Positions 37,431-47,161 of a DNA stretch of 64,000 bases are shown piece by piece. The number at the start of each line of letters is the position of its first letter. Position 1 is the stretch's first letter. The notes beneath the pieces are model-generated. The model was not told where the DNA came from. It did no database searches and worked only from the letters and a program-made list of their open reading frames with translations. A program made the translations under genes and the position numbers. Source of the stretch: an uncultured Solirubrobacterales bacterium (lineage in GTDB: Bacteria > Actinomycetota > Thermoleophilia > Solirubrobacterales > Solirubrobacteraceae); the NCBI GenBank assembly GCA_963718735.1, contig OY970372.1:1796366-1860365 (forward strand), read 5' to 3'.

Positions 37431-38267
37431 CTAACGCCCGGCGGCGTGCTCGGCTAGTGCTACGCGGGACTCGTCGCGGCCGAGCATGCTGATGAAGACG
37501 GCGGCGAAGGCGATGCCGAAGACGAGGAACTCGATGAAGCACATGGACGCGCCCGCGAGCTGCTGATCGCCGATCGCCGAGATGCCGAAGCCGCGCGGCG
37601 CGCTTGCGTAGAGCGGGTACTGTGTGGCCGTCATCCAAGTGAGCGGCACGCAGATCGCCGCGGAGGCGAGGCGGGTGAAGCCGAGCAGGGCGAGCCGCTC
37701 GCCGTTCGGGCGCAGACGCGCACGCGGGAGCGGATCCACGATCAGCCACCATAGGGCGAGGCCTGTGTAGAAAAGGGTGGCGTGCTCGAGCGCATGCACG
37801 ACGGCGTGTTGCGCGGCGAAGTCGAACATCGCCGGGATCGCCCACACCCAGGTGGCGGTCGCCCACAGCGGGATCGCCACCCACGGGGAAGTGATCAGCG
37901 AGAGAGCGCGGCCGGCACGGCCGCGCGGCGCGAGCACTCGCAGCGCGGCTGGCGCGAGACCGAGGGGCAGCACCGGTGAGCGCAGCCCGAGCACGATCAG
38001 CGCGGGGGCTACATCGGACAGCAGCACGTGCTGGAGCATGTGCGCTGAGAGCAGCCAGTGGTCGCCGATCGAGTCGAGCGGCGAGAGCAGCGCGATCGCA
38101 AGCGCGAGGATCCCGCCGGCGTAAGGAACCCAGTGCCCGAGGCCTGCAGCCGACGAGCGCGCGCCGGCGCGCCGGTACATACGCGCATAGACGACCGAAG
38201 CCGCGAGCAGCGCGAGGATCGCGACGGGGTCGAGGCTCCAGGAGCCCCATCCGGGCACGGAATTCAT
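37431..38267 (-). CDS. ctaG: Cytochrome c oxidase assembly protein (Caa3_CtaG family)
   Basis: SPLD...LLSAHMLQHVLL, HALEH...GLALWW, DQQLAG and multiple TMs. Confidence 0.8.
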   Translation of the reverse strand: MNSVPGWGSWSLDPVAILALLAASVVYARMYRRAGARSSAAGLGHWVPYAGGILALAIALLSPLDSIGDHWLLSAHMLQHVLLSDVAPALIVLGLRSPVLPLGLAPAALRVLAPRGRAGRALSLITSPWVAIPLWATATWVWAIPAMFDFAAQHAVVHALEHATLFYTGLALWWLIVDPLPRARLRPNGERLALLGFTRLASAAICVPLTWMTATQYPLYASAPRGFGISAIGDQQLAGASMCFIEFLVFGIAFAAVFISMLGRDESRVALAEHAAGR

Positions 38268-38277
38268 CGGCGCAATC

Positions 38278-39294
38278 CTATCCATAGGAGGCCGGCGGCG
38301 GCGCGTCGGAGCGGATCGCTGCGATCTCGGCAAGCAGGGCCTGCGGGCTCGTGCCACCGAGCACGCGCAGGCGCGGCAGCCGGTAGGGATCCTGCGAGGG
38401 CCTCGCCCAGCCGGGCACGACGGTCGTCGAGCCGACATAGCCCGCGGCCTTGACCTCGGCGATCACCGTTGCGTCGTAGTGGCCGGATGGGTAGCAGAAC
38501 CAGTTGACCGGCACGCGGTAGAGGCGCTGCACCCGTGCTCGCGCAGAGGCCACCTGTTCGCGCAATGCGACGGGGCCAAGCGTGATCAGGTCTGCGTGGC
38601 TGATGCCCTGCGTGTCCAGCTCCCATCCGGCGCTCACCAGTTCTGTGACCTGCTTCTCGCTGAGCCCGCCCTGGGACGGCGGCAGTCCCGTCAGCTGGAT
38701 GTTCTCGACCCCAACCCATCCGAGCCCCCGCAGCACGGGCAGCGCCTGCGTGAGCTGGGACTGGTAGCCATTGTCGAAGCTCACCACGATCGGCCTGCCT
38801 TTTGGCAGGGGCGTTCCTCGGGTCCAGTTGGCGCGCATCTGATCCATCGTCACGGCGTGAAAGCCCGCTCTGGCGAGCGCGCGCATCTGCGCGGCAAACT
38901 CCTGCGGCGACACATACAGGCCTGGGAATTTCGCACCCGCCGGCGGTGGGTTGATGACGTGGTACATCAGGATCGGCGTCGGCTCGCTACCAGGCCTACC
39001 GGTCGAGGTCCCCGCCGTGCCAGCGCGCGAGCCGCTGCTGGCAGCCGCGCCGGAGCCAGCTTCCTCCGAATGTTTGGTGGCGCCTCCCCCGGCGCGGGAG
39101 CCGGCACTGCCGGCAGGCGAGCGAGGGGAAACATTGGGCGAGCTCGATTTGGACGAGCGCCCGAAGCCGAGCAGAATGGCTACGAGCAAGGCGGCTATAG
39201 CCAGGCCCACCACAACGGCGAGCCCTCGTGTCCGTCGGCGCGCACGCTCGCGCCGACGCGCCTCACGACGGGCTCGCCGCTCCTCGACGTCCAT
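38278..39294 (-). CDS. Polysaccharide deacetylase family (NodB/IcaB-like), membrane-anchored
   Basis: PILMYH, SFDNGY, FCYPSG and LPRLRV. N-terminal TM plus Ser/Gly linker. Confidence 0.85.
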   Translation of the reverse strand: MDVEERRARREARRRERARRRTRGLAVVVGLAIAALLVAILLGFGRSSKSSSPNVSPRSPAGSAGSRAGGGATKHSEEAGSGAAASSGSRAGTAGTSTGRPGSEPTPILMYHVINPPPAGAKFPGLYVSPQEFAAQMRALARAGFHAVTMDQMRANWTRGTPLPKGRPIVVSFDNGYQSQLTQALPVLRGLGWVGVENIQLTGLPPSQGGLSEKQVTELVSAGWELDTQGISHADLITLGPVALREQVASARARVQRLYRVPVNWFCYPSGHYDATVIAEVKAAGYVGSTTVVPGWARPSQDPYRLPRLRVLGGTSPQALLAEIAAIRSDAPPPASYG

Positions 39295-39320
39295 CTGCTC
39301 CCGTGAAGGTGGGTGGCGTG

Positions 39321-39593
39321 TTAATTCAGACGCTTCTTGAGAGCGCTCGCCGGCGAGAATTTAGCCGCCTTGCTGGCGGCGATTGTGATCGTCTCCCCCG
39401 TCGAGGGGTTGCGACCCTGCCTGGCTGCGCGGTTGCTGACGCTGAACTTGCCGAAACCGGCAAGAGCCACCTCGCCACCGGCCGCCAGCTCGTCAGAGAT
39501 CAATACGATCGCCGTCTCCAGCACTTGGCGAGCCTGCGTTCCCGCCAGCCCCGTGCGTTGCGCGACCCCATCAGCCAGCTCGTTCTTTGTCAT
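39321..39593 (-). CDS. hup: HU family DNA-binding protein
   Basis: MTKNEL...GFGKFSV...ARQGRNPSTGETITI. Confidence 0.95.
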   Translation of the reverse strand: MTKNELADGVAQRTGLAGTQARQVLETAIVLISDELAAGGEVALAGFGKFSVSNRAARQGRNPSTGETITIAASKAAKFSPASALKKRLN

Positions 39594-39721
39594 GGCAGTC
39601 CCTTCTCGAGTGTCGTTGCTGTCGCCAGGCTAACGGGTGGCAAGGACGTCCATGCGCCCAACTGCGGGGCTTTCCCGCATTTCAGGCCCTTATTTCAGGA
39701 GAAGAAGCCGGAAATGAGCCC

Positions 39722-39746
39722 TTTTGCGCCCCTCTGGGCCGCAAAA
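39722..39746. other. Stem-loop TTTTGCGCCC-CTCT-GGGCCGCAAAA between ctaA and hup (possible terminator or processing site)
   Basis: Near-perfect inverted repeat, but no U-tract outside the stem. Confidence 0.35.
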
Positions 39747-39789
39747 TCGGGCTTTCGCAAGCATTTGCCCCACCCACGGCGTTGCCTTC

Positions 39790-40794
39790 TCAGGCGCTGA
39801 GAGCGGACACCCTGCGCGGCTCCTGCGCCGGCGCCGAGCGCGGCTGCAGGCGACCGGCCGCGCACGCGGTCCACAGCACCGACACCCAGGTGAGCGAGGC
39901 CAAGCCCACATGCACCCACACGAGCTCTGTAGGAAGGTGCGTCTTGTACTGATCGAGGCCCACGATGCCCTGCAGGGCGATCAGCACGCATGTCGCGCTC
40001 GCCGCGCGGCGCACGAGCGGGTCGGCGGGACGGATGGGACTGGATCTGCGCGATAGCCACCATACGCCGAGCGCTGCGAGCCCGAAGGCAAGCGCGATCT
40101 CGCCGTGGCGGTGGATCATGAAATCCATGGTGCCCTTCCCGTCGAAGCTCAGGCGGTTGATCCGCTGGCCGGGCGAGCCGCCGGCGTGGGGTCCGGCGGC
40201 GGTGGCGGCGGTGCCAGCGAAGATCGCAAGGCCGCCGAGGACCACGGTCGCGCGCGCCGCGAGCACGAGCGCCCGGTCGGATGCGCTGGGGGGCGCGCTG
40301 GGCTCGAGAGCGATCGGAGATCGGCTTGCGCGCCATGCAAGCGAGACGGCCGCCGCGAGCACGAGCATCGAGAGCGCGAAGTGGCCCATCACCCAGCCGT
40401 AGTCGAGTGCGCCGCGCACCGTGAGGCCGCCGAGCACCGCCTGGGCGAGCACTCCGAGCGGCAACAGCGCGCTCGTCCACATCAGGTCGCGGCGGTAGGG
40501 CCGGCGTCGGAAGGCAAGCGCGAATGCGGCGAACGCGGCGATCGTCACCGGGATCGTGACCATGCGGTTGGAGAACTCGATCAGCGCGTGCGTGTTGAGC
40601 GGCGGGTAGACCTTGCCATAGCAACGCGGCCAGCGCGGGCATCCAAGCCCGGAGCCGGTGAGCCGCACGGCGGCGCCGCTGAGCACGATCAACGTGAACG
40701 CCGCCACAGCCGCGTAGGCCGCGATCGCGTATTGCGCCGGGGTCACGGTGAATCCGGCCGCTCGACGGCACAGTCGCTGGAGTCGCTCGACCAT
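39790..40794 (-). CDS. ctaA: Heme A synthase (COX15/CtaA)
   Basis: GAAVRLTGSGLGCPRWPRC, IEFSNR, LGGLTV, GHF, GPHAG, HRH and LVWVHV. Confidence 0.88.
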   Translation of the reverse strand: MVERLQRLCRRAAGFTVTPAQYAIAAYAAVAAFTLIVLSGAAVRLTGSGLGCPRWPRCYGKVYPPLNTHALIEFSNRMVTIPVTIAAFAAFALAFRRRPYRRDLMWTSALLPLGVLAQAVLGGLTVRGALDYGWVMGHFALSMLVLAAAVSLAWRASRSPIALEPSAPPSASDRALVLAARATVVLGGLAIFAGTAATAAGPHAGGSPGQRINRLSFDGKGTMDFMIHRHGEIALAFGLAALGVWWLSRRSSPIRPADPLVRRAASATCVLIALQGIVGLDQYKTHLPTELVWVHVGLASLTWVSVLWTACAAGRLQPRSAPAQEPRRVSALSA

Positions 40795-41145
40795 GATGCC
40801 TAAGCATTGCATTGCCCGGCAGATGAGGCTCCATGCCAGCGCTCGAGGCCGATCTCCGGCCGGGAGTCGCCGGTGCGGCGGATATCCGGTCGGTGCGAGC
40901 GGCGCTCGGATCGGATCCCGGCCCATCTGTGCGCAGCGCCGGCGCGCGCGGCCCAAGCGCAGACGGCGGGCTTCGACTGGCGCTGACGAGCGCTCCTGTC
41001 GACTTTCAAGTAAATACTGACGATTTTCGCGCGTGTCGATCTATCCTGCCAGCAGGCGCAACGCGACCCGCGAACACGACAAAACGTTCACCGAACGGTG
41101 ACGGCAGGAGATCCGCCCAAGCCGCGGAAACGCTCAATAACTCAA

Positions 41146-41916
41146 ATGAGCATCACGGACGAATTCAAGGTTAGCTCCTATGATCAGGTCGGGCGCGGGT
41201 ACACGGCCACGCGGCGCCCCGACCCGCGCATCGCCGCCCAGATCTCCCAAGCGCTCGGGGACGCTCGCACCGTCGTCAACGTAGGCGCCGGCGCCGGCGC
41301 CTACGAGCCTCACGACCGCGAGGTACTGGCCATCGAGCCCTCACAGGAGATGATCGCCCAGCGCGCTCCCAACAGCGCGCCCGCGATCAGGGGCCACGCC
41401 GAGAGCCTGCCGCTCGAGCCCGACAGCGTTGACGCCGCCATGGCGTGCATGACGCTCCACCACTGGTCAGACTGGCGGATCGGGGTGCAGGAGCTGCGCA
41501 GGGTGGCGCGCAAGCGGGTGGTGATCTTCACCTACGATCATTCCTATTCCGGGCGCTTCTGGCTGCTGCGAGACTATCTGCCCAAGCTGGCGCGCCTGGA
41601 TTGCGCGCGCTTTCCGGGAATCGACGAACAGCGGGTGGCCACCGGCGACATCGTCAGGCTGGAACCCGTGCCGATCCCCCACGACTGCGAGGACGGCTTC
41701 CTGGCGGCCTACTGGCGACGGCCGAGGGCCTACCTCGACGAGCAGATCCGCGCCGGCATATCGACCTTTCACCTGCCTGGCGCCGAGCGGCTGCTCGACG
41801 GTCTCGAGCTGCTCACGGACGACCTGCAGACGGGACGCTGGGAAGAGCGCGACCACGACATCCTGGAGCACGAGGAGCTCGACCTCGGCTACCGCCTGCT
41901 GGTCACGGAGTTGTAG
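41146..41916 (+). CDS. Class I SAM-dependent methyltransferase
   Basis: YDQVGRGY, VVNVGAGAG, AIEPS, AESLPL and LHHW. Confidence 0.9.
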   Translation: MSITDEFKVSSYDQVGRGYTATRRPDPRIAAQISQALGDARTVVNVGAGAGAYEPHDREVLAIEPSQEMIAQRAPNSAPAIRGHAESLPLEPDSVDAAMACMTLHHWSDWRIGVQELRRVARKRVVIFTYDHSYSGRFWLLRDYLPKLARLDCARFPGIDEQRVATGDIVRLEPVPIPHDCEDGFLAAYWRRPRAYLDEQIRAGISTFHLPGAERLLDGLELLTDDLQTGRWEERDHDILEHEELDLGYRLLVTEL

Positions 41917-42487
41917 GCCCAGCGGAATACTCGAACGGCAGCTCGGGCGCAAGCTCGCGCAGCGAGGGCGCAGCGCTGTCGCGGGCGGAGACGACCAGCT
42001 CGTTCTTGGACAGTGGCCAGCGCACGCCAATATCCGGGTCGTTCCACGCGATCCCCCGCTCGATCGCTGGGTCGTAATAGGCGGTCTGCTTGTAGATAAC
42101 GTCGGCCACATCGCTGAGCACGCAGAAGCCGTGCGCGAACCCGACGGGCACATAGAGAACGCGCATCGAGTCGTCGCCGAGCTCGAACCCCTCCCATTCT
42201 CCGTAGCTGGGAGAGCCACGGCGCAGGTCGACGAGCACGTCGAGGATGCGCCCGCGCGCGCAGCGCACGAGCTTGGCGACGCCGGCGCCGACATGGAAGT
42301 GCATGCCGCGCACGACTCCTCTGCTGGAGTGGGAGTGGTTGTCCTGGATGAACTCGGCCTCCTCGGGGATCCCAGCGCTTGCATGCCACTCGCGCCGGTA
42401 GGTCTCCGCGAAGAAGCCCCGCTCGTCAGCGAACACGGAAGGCTGAATCAGCGCGGGGCCTGATATGCGGGTGGGAAGTCGCTCCAT
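41903..42487 (-). CDS. rmlC: dTDP-4-dehydrorhamnose 3,5-epimerase
   Basis: DERGFFAE, QDNHS, RGMHF, KLVRC, GFAHGF and WNDP. Confidence 0.95.
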   Translation of the reverse strand: MERLPTRISGPALIQPSVFADERGFFAETYRREWHASAGIPEEAEFIQDNHSHSSRGVVRGMHFHVGAGVAKLVRCARGRILDVLVDLRRGSPSYGEWEGFELGDDSMRVLYVPVGFAHGFCVLSDVADVIYKQTAYYDPAIERGIAWNDPDIGVRWPLSKNELVVSARDSAAPSLRELAPELPFEYSAGPTTP

Positions 42488-42682
42488 CTGCGCGAACGTC
42501 GAGGCGAAGAGCTCGACAGCCGGCAGACTAGCGCGCAGACTCCAACGCCGGGCCCGCCCGCAAACGCGAAGGCCTCTGTGCGTCTGCGGGCGGGCCGGCT
42601 GCCCCCCGAAGGGGCGGGACCGAATGGGCATTCGGGCTCGTGACACACGCATAGTCGCTCGCCGCCCACATCATGAATAGAG

Positions 42683-42704
42683 GAAAGTCAGGTACTTGAC
42701 TTTC
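42683..42704. promoter_or_regulatory. Perfect palindrome GAAAGTCA-N6-TGACTTTC, candidate operator
   Basis: Read directly from the sequence. Half-site copies at 41001-41007 and 49986-49995. Confidence 0.5.
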
Positions 42705-43854
42705 AAGATGCCGCAGCGCGGTCGCCCGCTGCCAGGACGCGGCCGGACTCTGAGGGCGTCTTCGACACGCGTCGCAACGAGCGGCGCGCGCCAAGGATCG
42801 CCATCGTCGGCGCCGCGAGTCCCCCGATCGCCTCGAGCACCGACGGCGCCACCAACCGCGCGTGCGGTGAGACCGAGCGGTGAATCTCACATATATAGAA
42901 GCTCGCCATCGCAGCCACGATCAGCGCATGACGCCGTCCGCAGGGCAGCGCCACGGCGCGACGCAGGGCCTCGCTTGCGATCGTCCGCATGCGCGTGGCG
43001 GCGTCGAGCGGCGAGGCGTAATAGCCCATCAGAGCACGCCCTTCGATGGCGAGGTCCTCGTCGTGATCCACGAGGCTGTCCAGCAGCGAGTGAAGCGAGC
43101 CGATCCAGGGAAAGTAGGCGTTCTCTATCTCACGCGCCTCGAACATCCCGATTTGGGGATCGGCGGCGCTGGCGATCAAAGCCAAGACTGTGAGAGTCGA
43201 TCCCGCGCCGGCGGCGGTCTCCCACGGGCGCATCCCGGTCTGGGGCGCGGTGGCCTGCGCGGCCCATCGCTCGAACGGCTCGTAGGAGCCCCTGGCGTCA
43301 CCGTGGTTGAAGCTCTGGTAGCGGGCTATTCGCTCGGCTGCCCGAGCTATCGGCTCGCCGATCGAGGGCAGCGACGGCAACGCCGAGAGAGAAGCACGAG
43401 CGACGTCGACCAGCATCCTGAGATAGCCGCCGTCCTCGCCGCACGGGTGATGGATGTAGTAGTCGCGATGCGGCTCCCCGCGCGTGGTGGCGACGATCAG
43501 GGCCTCGTGCAGCCGATATCCGTTGGCCACAGGGTCTCCGCTGGGCTGCTCGGAGAGCAGATCGAGATAGTCGCAGATCGCCTGGCAGGCGACGAGGGCC
43601 CTGACGACGAACGGGCGACTGGACGACGGCACGAGCGCCGCGAAGGCCGCGGCGCCCTCGAGATTGCCGCGCTTGCCGTCGAGCGCCTCCAGCGCGAAGC
43701 TGCGCAGCACAGGATCGGGAATGCCAGCCGCGCGCCTGCGCCTGAGGCACACCTCGCGCGCAACGCGCGGGAAGACCGCTAGCCAATAGCGGCGAGCCGT
43801 GCACGCAAAGTCTGCCGCGAGCCAAAGTCCGTCCTTACGTATTACCCGAACCAC
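42703..43854 (-). CDS. DUF2600 / tetraprenyl-beta-curcumene-synthase-like (class IB terpene synthase family)
   Basis: RYWLAVFP, ICDYLDLLSE, DGGYLRMLV, YQSFNH, WETAAGAGSTL, YFPWIGSLHSLLDSLVDHDED. These resemble the class IB motifs DYLDNLxD and DY(F/L/W)IDxxED. Confidence 0.75.
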   Translation of the reverse strand: MVRVIRKDGLWLAADFACTARRYWLAVFPRVAREVCLRRRRAAGIPDPVLRSFALEALDGKRGNLEGAAAFAALVPSSSRPFVVRALVACQAICDYLDLLSEQPSGDPVANGYRLHEALIVATTRGEPHRDYYIHHPCGEDGGYLRMLVDVARASLSALPSLPSIGEPIARAAERIARYQSFNHGDARGSYEPFERWAAQATAPQTGMRPWETAAGAGSTLTVLALIASAADPQIGMFEAREIENAYFPWIGSLHSLLDSLVDHDEDLAIEGRALMGYYASPLDAATRMRTIASEALRRAVALPCGRRHALIVAAMASFYICEIHRSVSPHARLVAPSVLEAIGGLAAPTMAILGARRSLRRVSKTPSESGRVLAAGDRAAAS

Positions 43855-43895
43855 AGGGATAGCATTGCGTACCCGTCACGAGCCCGCCAACAACA

Positions 43896-46460
43896 TCAAT
43901 CCTGCAGACTGACACCTGGGCGCACGCGCGCCGCCGCAAAGCCAGGCAGGGCGATGACGGCAAGGGCGATCATGATAAGGAGTCCAAAGGTTAGGAATAC
44001 CTGAACTATTCCAATCGAGAATGGCGCTGGAAAGCCCGTCGTGATGGTCAGCCAACGACTGGCAAGCGCGTGACCGTAGACGCCGACCAGCGCTCCGATG
44101 GTCGATCCAACCCCGAGCATGACACCGCTCTCGAGCAGCAGTCCACGCCACAGCTGGTTCGGGTGGTAGCCCTGGATCTTCAGCGAAGCAAGCCTCGAGC
44201 GACGCTGCCACACCGTGGCGCTGAGAGCCGCCGCGACGGCCAACGCCGCCGCGATCAGCAGCAGTGTCGAGATCTGCTGGAGCGTGTGCAGCCCCTGCCG
44301 AGCGCTCGCCTCCGCTTCCGCCGCACGCGCTCCGGCACTGCGCACAGATAGGCCGGGATAGGATCCGAGCGCCGCCCGCACCGACCGGATACCAGCCGCA
44401 ACGGCGACTCCCGGCTGGAGATTGACCTCGAGCGCCGACGCTCCGCCTGTTTGCCAGGCACGACTGTAATCAGCGCTTCCCATCGTGATCGTGCCGCCAG
44501 GCCACCCCGAGTTGGTGGTGATCGCAGCGACGCGCAGAGGGATCGTTCCCGAAGGCGTGGGCAGCTGAAACGAGCTTCCAACCCTGAGGTGGTGGTGTTC
44601 GTCGGCAAAGCCATTGGACACAGCGGCCCAGCCACCCGCGCGGATGAGCGCGTCGGCGCGTGAGAAGCTGCCGCTGAGCAATTGGCTCGATTCGAGCATC
44701 GCAGAATCGCCGGGCGGTCTTGCGCGGACCCACAGGCGACGTCCGCCAACATCTGCGAGCGTCCCCTGATAGACCCTTACAGACCTCACGCCCGGCGTCC
44801 GCGCGAGCCGCGCTGGGGCGGACGGGAGGTTGAAGCTGTCCGTGTTGAACACATTGTCCGGGTTGGCGACCCAAATATCGGCCGTGGCATGGTATTCGGA
44901 GATCGCCCGGTCGATCCCCCGCAGCAGATCGTCGCGAGTCCCGCCGATCGCGACGCTCCCATAGACCGCAAGGCCCACGATCGCCGTGAGCGCGACCGAG
45001 CGGGTTGTAGTCGCGCGCAACTCAGAGACGGCGACGATCACGGCGCCGCTGCGGCTGTGCTCTGCCAGACGCGGCAGCCACCCCACCACCGCCGAGAGCA
45101 AAGCCGGTATCAGGCAGAGCGTCGCCACGGCCAGCGCGACGCCGCCGAATATCGTGAGCCCCGGCGCGAGCGCGACGAGCACGCCGACCAGCACGAGCAG
45201 CGTCATGCCGCCGATCGCCGCCCGCCGCGATGTGCTCGCCCGAAGCAGTTCCCCTCCGCTGTCGGCCTCGCGGAAGATGGCGTCGGCGGGACGCCCCGGG
45301 CGCAGATCGAACACCGGCGGGAGCGAAGCCAGCAGCGTAGCGAGCACTCCGAAGGCGACGGCGATCAGGACCAGGCTCACCCCCAGCGTGTGTTCTGGGC
45401 TGACCGGAAAGGCCACGCTGAGATATGTGGGCACGTGGTGATAAAGGGTTTGCGAGAGGAAGTCGCCGACCGCGACGCCCACGAGCGACGCAACCAAGCC
45501 GAGCATGACCGCTTGGAAGCTGAGCAGCATGAGAATCTGGCGCGGGTCATAGCCCTGCATGCGCAGCTCGGCGACGAAGCGGCGGCGCTCGGGGACGGTC
45601 AACAGCATCGCGTTGAGCGCCAGCAGGAATCCGACCATCACGCTGATCGCCGAGAACAGGCTCGTCGACTGCCGGTTGGGCTTCGTAGCCTGCGTCAGAA
45701 GGCGTATTTCGTTGTCGGCCGGCTCCACGTCCAGGCGCCCGCGGGCTAGGCGACGCAGCTCGCCGGCGACAAGCGCCTCCTGGCCCGAGCGTGGCTTTAT
45801 CAGCAGCTCGGTGACACGCCCCGGGCGAACGGCGAGGTGCTGCGCGACGGGCAGCAGCGCCACCACGACCGGGCAGCCAGCGAGCGCTTTGATCGCTTCG
45901 CTGGAGATCACCGCTCCGACGCGCTCGACGTAAGCATGGCCGTTGCCGACGAGCCTCACAGCATCGCCTCTGTGCGCTCCGATCGCCGCGGCGACGCCGG
46001 CGGGCAGCCCGAGTCCGCCGGAGAGCAGCAACGCGCCGTTGCCGAGCTGTTGCTGGGCGATGCCGCCGAGCGAGGCAAGGCTTGGCGAGACCCCGATCAG
46101 CTGGATCGCGCGGGGACCCCGCGCTCCTGAGATCGCCATGTTCTGGCGCAGCACAGGCGTGGCGATCTGCACGCCGGGGAGCGCCCTGGCCGTTTGCGTC
46201 AGTCGTTCGGGAAAGCCGGCCGGCGAGCGCGCCACGAGCGCAAAGCGCGCCGAGCCGGAGAGGCCGTGGACGAGCTGCTGGACAGAGCTCGTCAGGCTGG
46301 CATTGGCAAGCAGCACTCCGAACACGAGCGCGACGCCCACTGCGATGCCAGCGCCGGCAAGCAGCTCCTGGACGGGGTGGGCGCGCAGGCGGCGGCGATA
46401 GAGGAACAGCAGCATCGTAAGGCGCACCCCAAGGATCCTGGGGTTGACGGGATTGCTCAC
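43896..46460 (-). CDS. Fused double FtsX/MacB-type (type VII) ABC permease
   Basis: 854 aa with two repeats of TM, large extracellular domain and 3 TMs. Coupling motifs ERRRFVAELRMQG and QRRSRLASLKIQG. GTG overlaps the upstream TGA. Confidence 0.88.
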   Translation of the reverse strand: MSNPVNPRILGVRLTMLLFLYRRRLRAHPVQELLAGAGIAVGVALVFGVLLANASLTSSVQQLVHGLSGSARFALVARSPAGFPERLTQTARALPGVQIATPVLRQNMAISGARGPRAIQLIGVSPSLASLGGIAQQQLGNGALLLSGGLGLPAGVAAAIGAHRGDAVRLVGNGHAYVERVGAVISSEAIKALAGCPVVVALLPVAQHLAVRPGRVTELLIKPRSGQEALVAGELRRLARGRLDVEPADNEIRLLTQATKPNRQSTSLFSAISVMVGFLLALNAMLLTVPERRRFVAELRMQGYDPRQILMLLSFQAVMLGLVASLVGVAVGDFLSQTLYHHVPTYLSVAFPVSPEHTLGVSLVLIAVAFGVLATLLASLPPVFDLRPGRPADAIFREADSGGELLRASTSRRAAIGGMTLLVLVGVLVALAPGLTIFGGVALAVATLCLIPALLSAVVGWLPRLAEHSRSGAVIVAVSELRATTTRSVALTAIVGLAVYGSVAIGGTRDDLLRGIDRAISEYHATADIWVANPDNVFNTDSFNLPSAPARLARTPGVRSVRVYQGTLADVGGRRLWVRARPPGDSAMLESSQLLSGSFSRADALIRAGGWAAVSNGFADEHHHLRVGSSFQLPTPSGTIPLRVAAITTNSGWPGGTITMGSADYSRAWQTGGASALEVNLQPGVAVAAGIRSVRAALGSYPGLSVRSAGARAAEAEASARQGLHTLQQISTLLLIAAALAVAAALSATVWQRRSRLASLKIQGYHPNQLWRGLLLESGVMLGVGSTIGALVGVYGHALASRWLTITTGFPAPFSIGIVQVFLTFGLLIMIALAVIALPGFAAARVRPGVSLQD

Positions 46461-47161
46461 GAGGAGACTGGAGCGAGCTCCGCGTCGAGCCCGTCGACCG
46501 CGCGACCGTCGCGGAGCGTGAGCATCCGATCGACGAACGAGGTGGCCTCGGAGTCATGCGTGACGAGCACTCCCGGGATACAGCACTCGTGGCATACGTC
46601 GCGCAGCAGCGCGAGAATCTCGCGGGTGCGCGCCGAGTCGAGGTTGCCGGTGGGCTCGTCCGCAAGCAGCAAACGCGGCTCTCCCACGAGAGCGCGCGCG
46701 ATCGCGACGCGTTGGCGCTCGCCCATCGAGAGCTGCTCGGGCCTGTGGTCGAGCCGATCACCGAGGCCGACGCGCTCGAGCCACGGAGTCGTCTTCTCGC
46801 GCGCTTCGCGCACCGTGTAGCCACTGACGGGCAGCTTGATGAGCGCATTGTCGAGCGCCGATGCGCCCGGCATCAGATGGAACGACTGAAATATGAAGCC
46901 GACGTCGCGCAAGCGGTAGCGAGCGCTCTCGCGCGATGACATGGCGCCAACGTCGTTGCCCCCGAACAGCACGCTGCCGCTGTCGGGCGCCATCAGCCCA
47001 GCGGCGAGCAGCAGCAGCGTGGTCTTGCCGGAGCCACTCGGGCCGTAGATGGCCACGAGCTCGCCGGCTCCGATCTCCAGCGTCACGCCGTCGACCGCGT
47101 GCACGGTCTCGCCGCCACTCGGATAGTGCTTTACGACGTTGCGCAGAGCAAGCGCGCTCAT
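46457..47161 (-). CDS. ABC ATP-binding protein (LolD/MacB-like)
   Basis: GPSGSGKT, GFIFQ, LSMGERQR, LLLADEPTGNLD and VTHD. Confidence 0.93.
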   Translation of the reverse strand: MSALALRNVVKHYPSGGETVHAVDGVTLEIGAGELVAIYGPSGSGKTTLLLLAAGLMAPDSGSVLFGGNDVGAMSSRESARYRLRDVGFIFQSFHLMPGASALDNALIKLPVSGYTVREAREKTTPWLERVGLGDRLDHRPEQLSMGERQRVAIARALVGEPRLLLADEPTGNLDSARTREILALLRDVCHECCIPGVLVTHDSEATSFVDRMLTLRDGRAVDGLDAELAPVSS

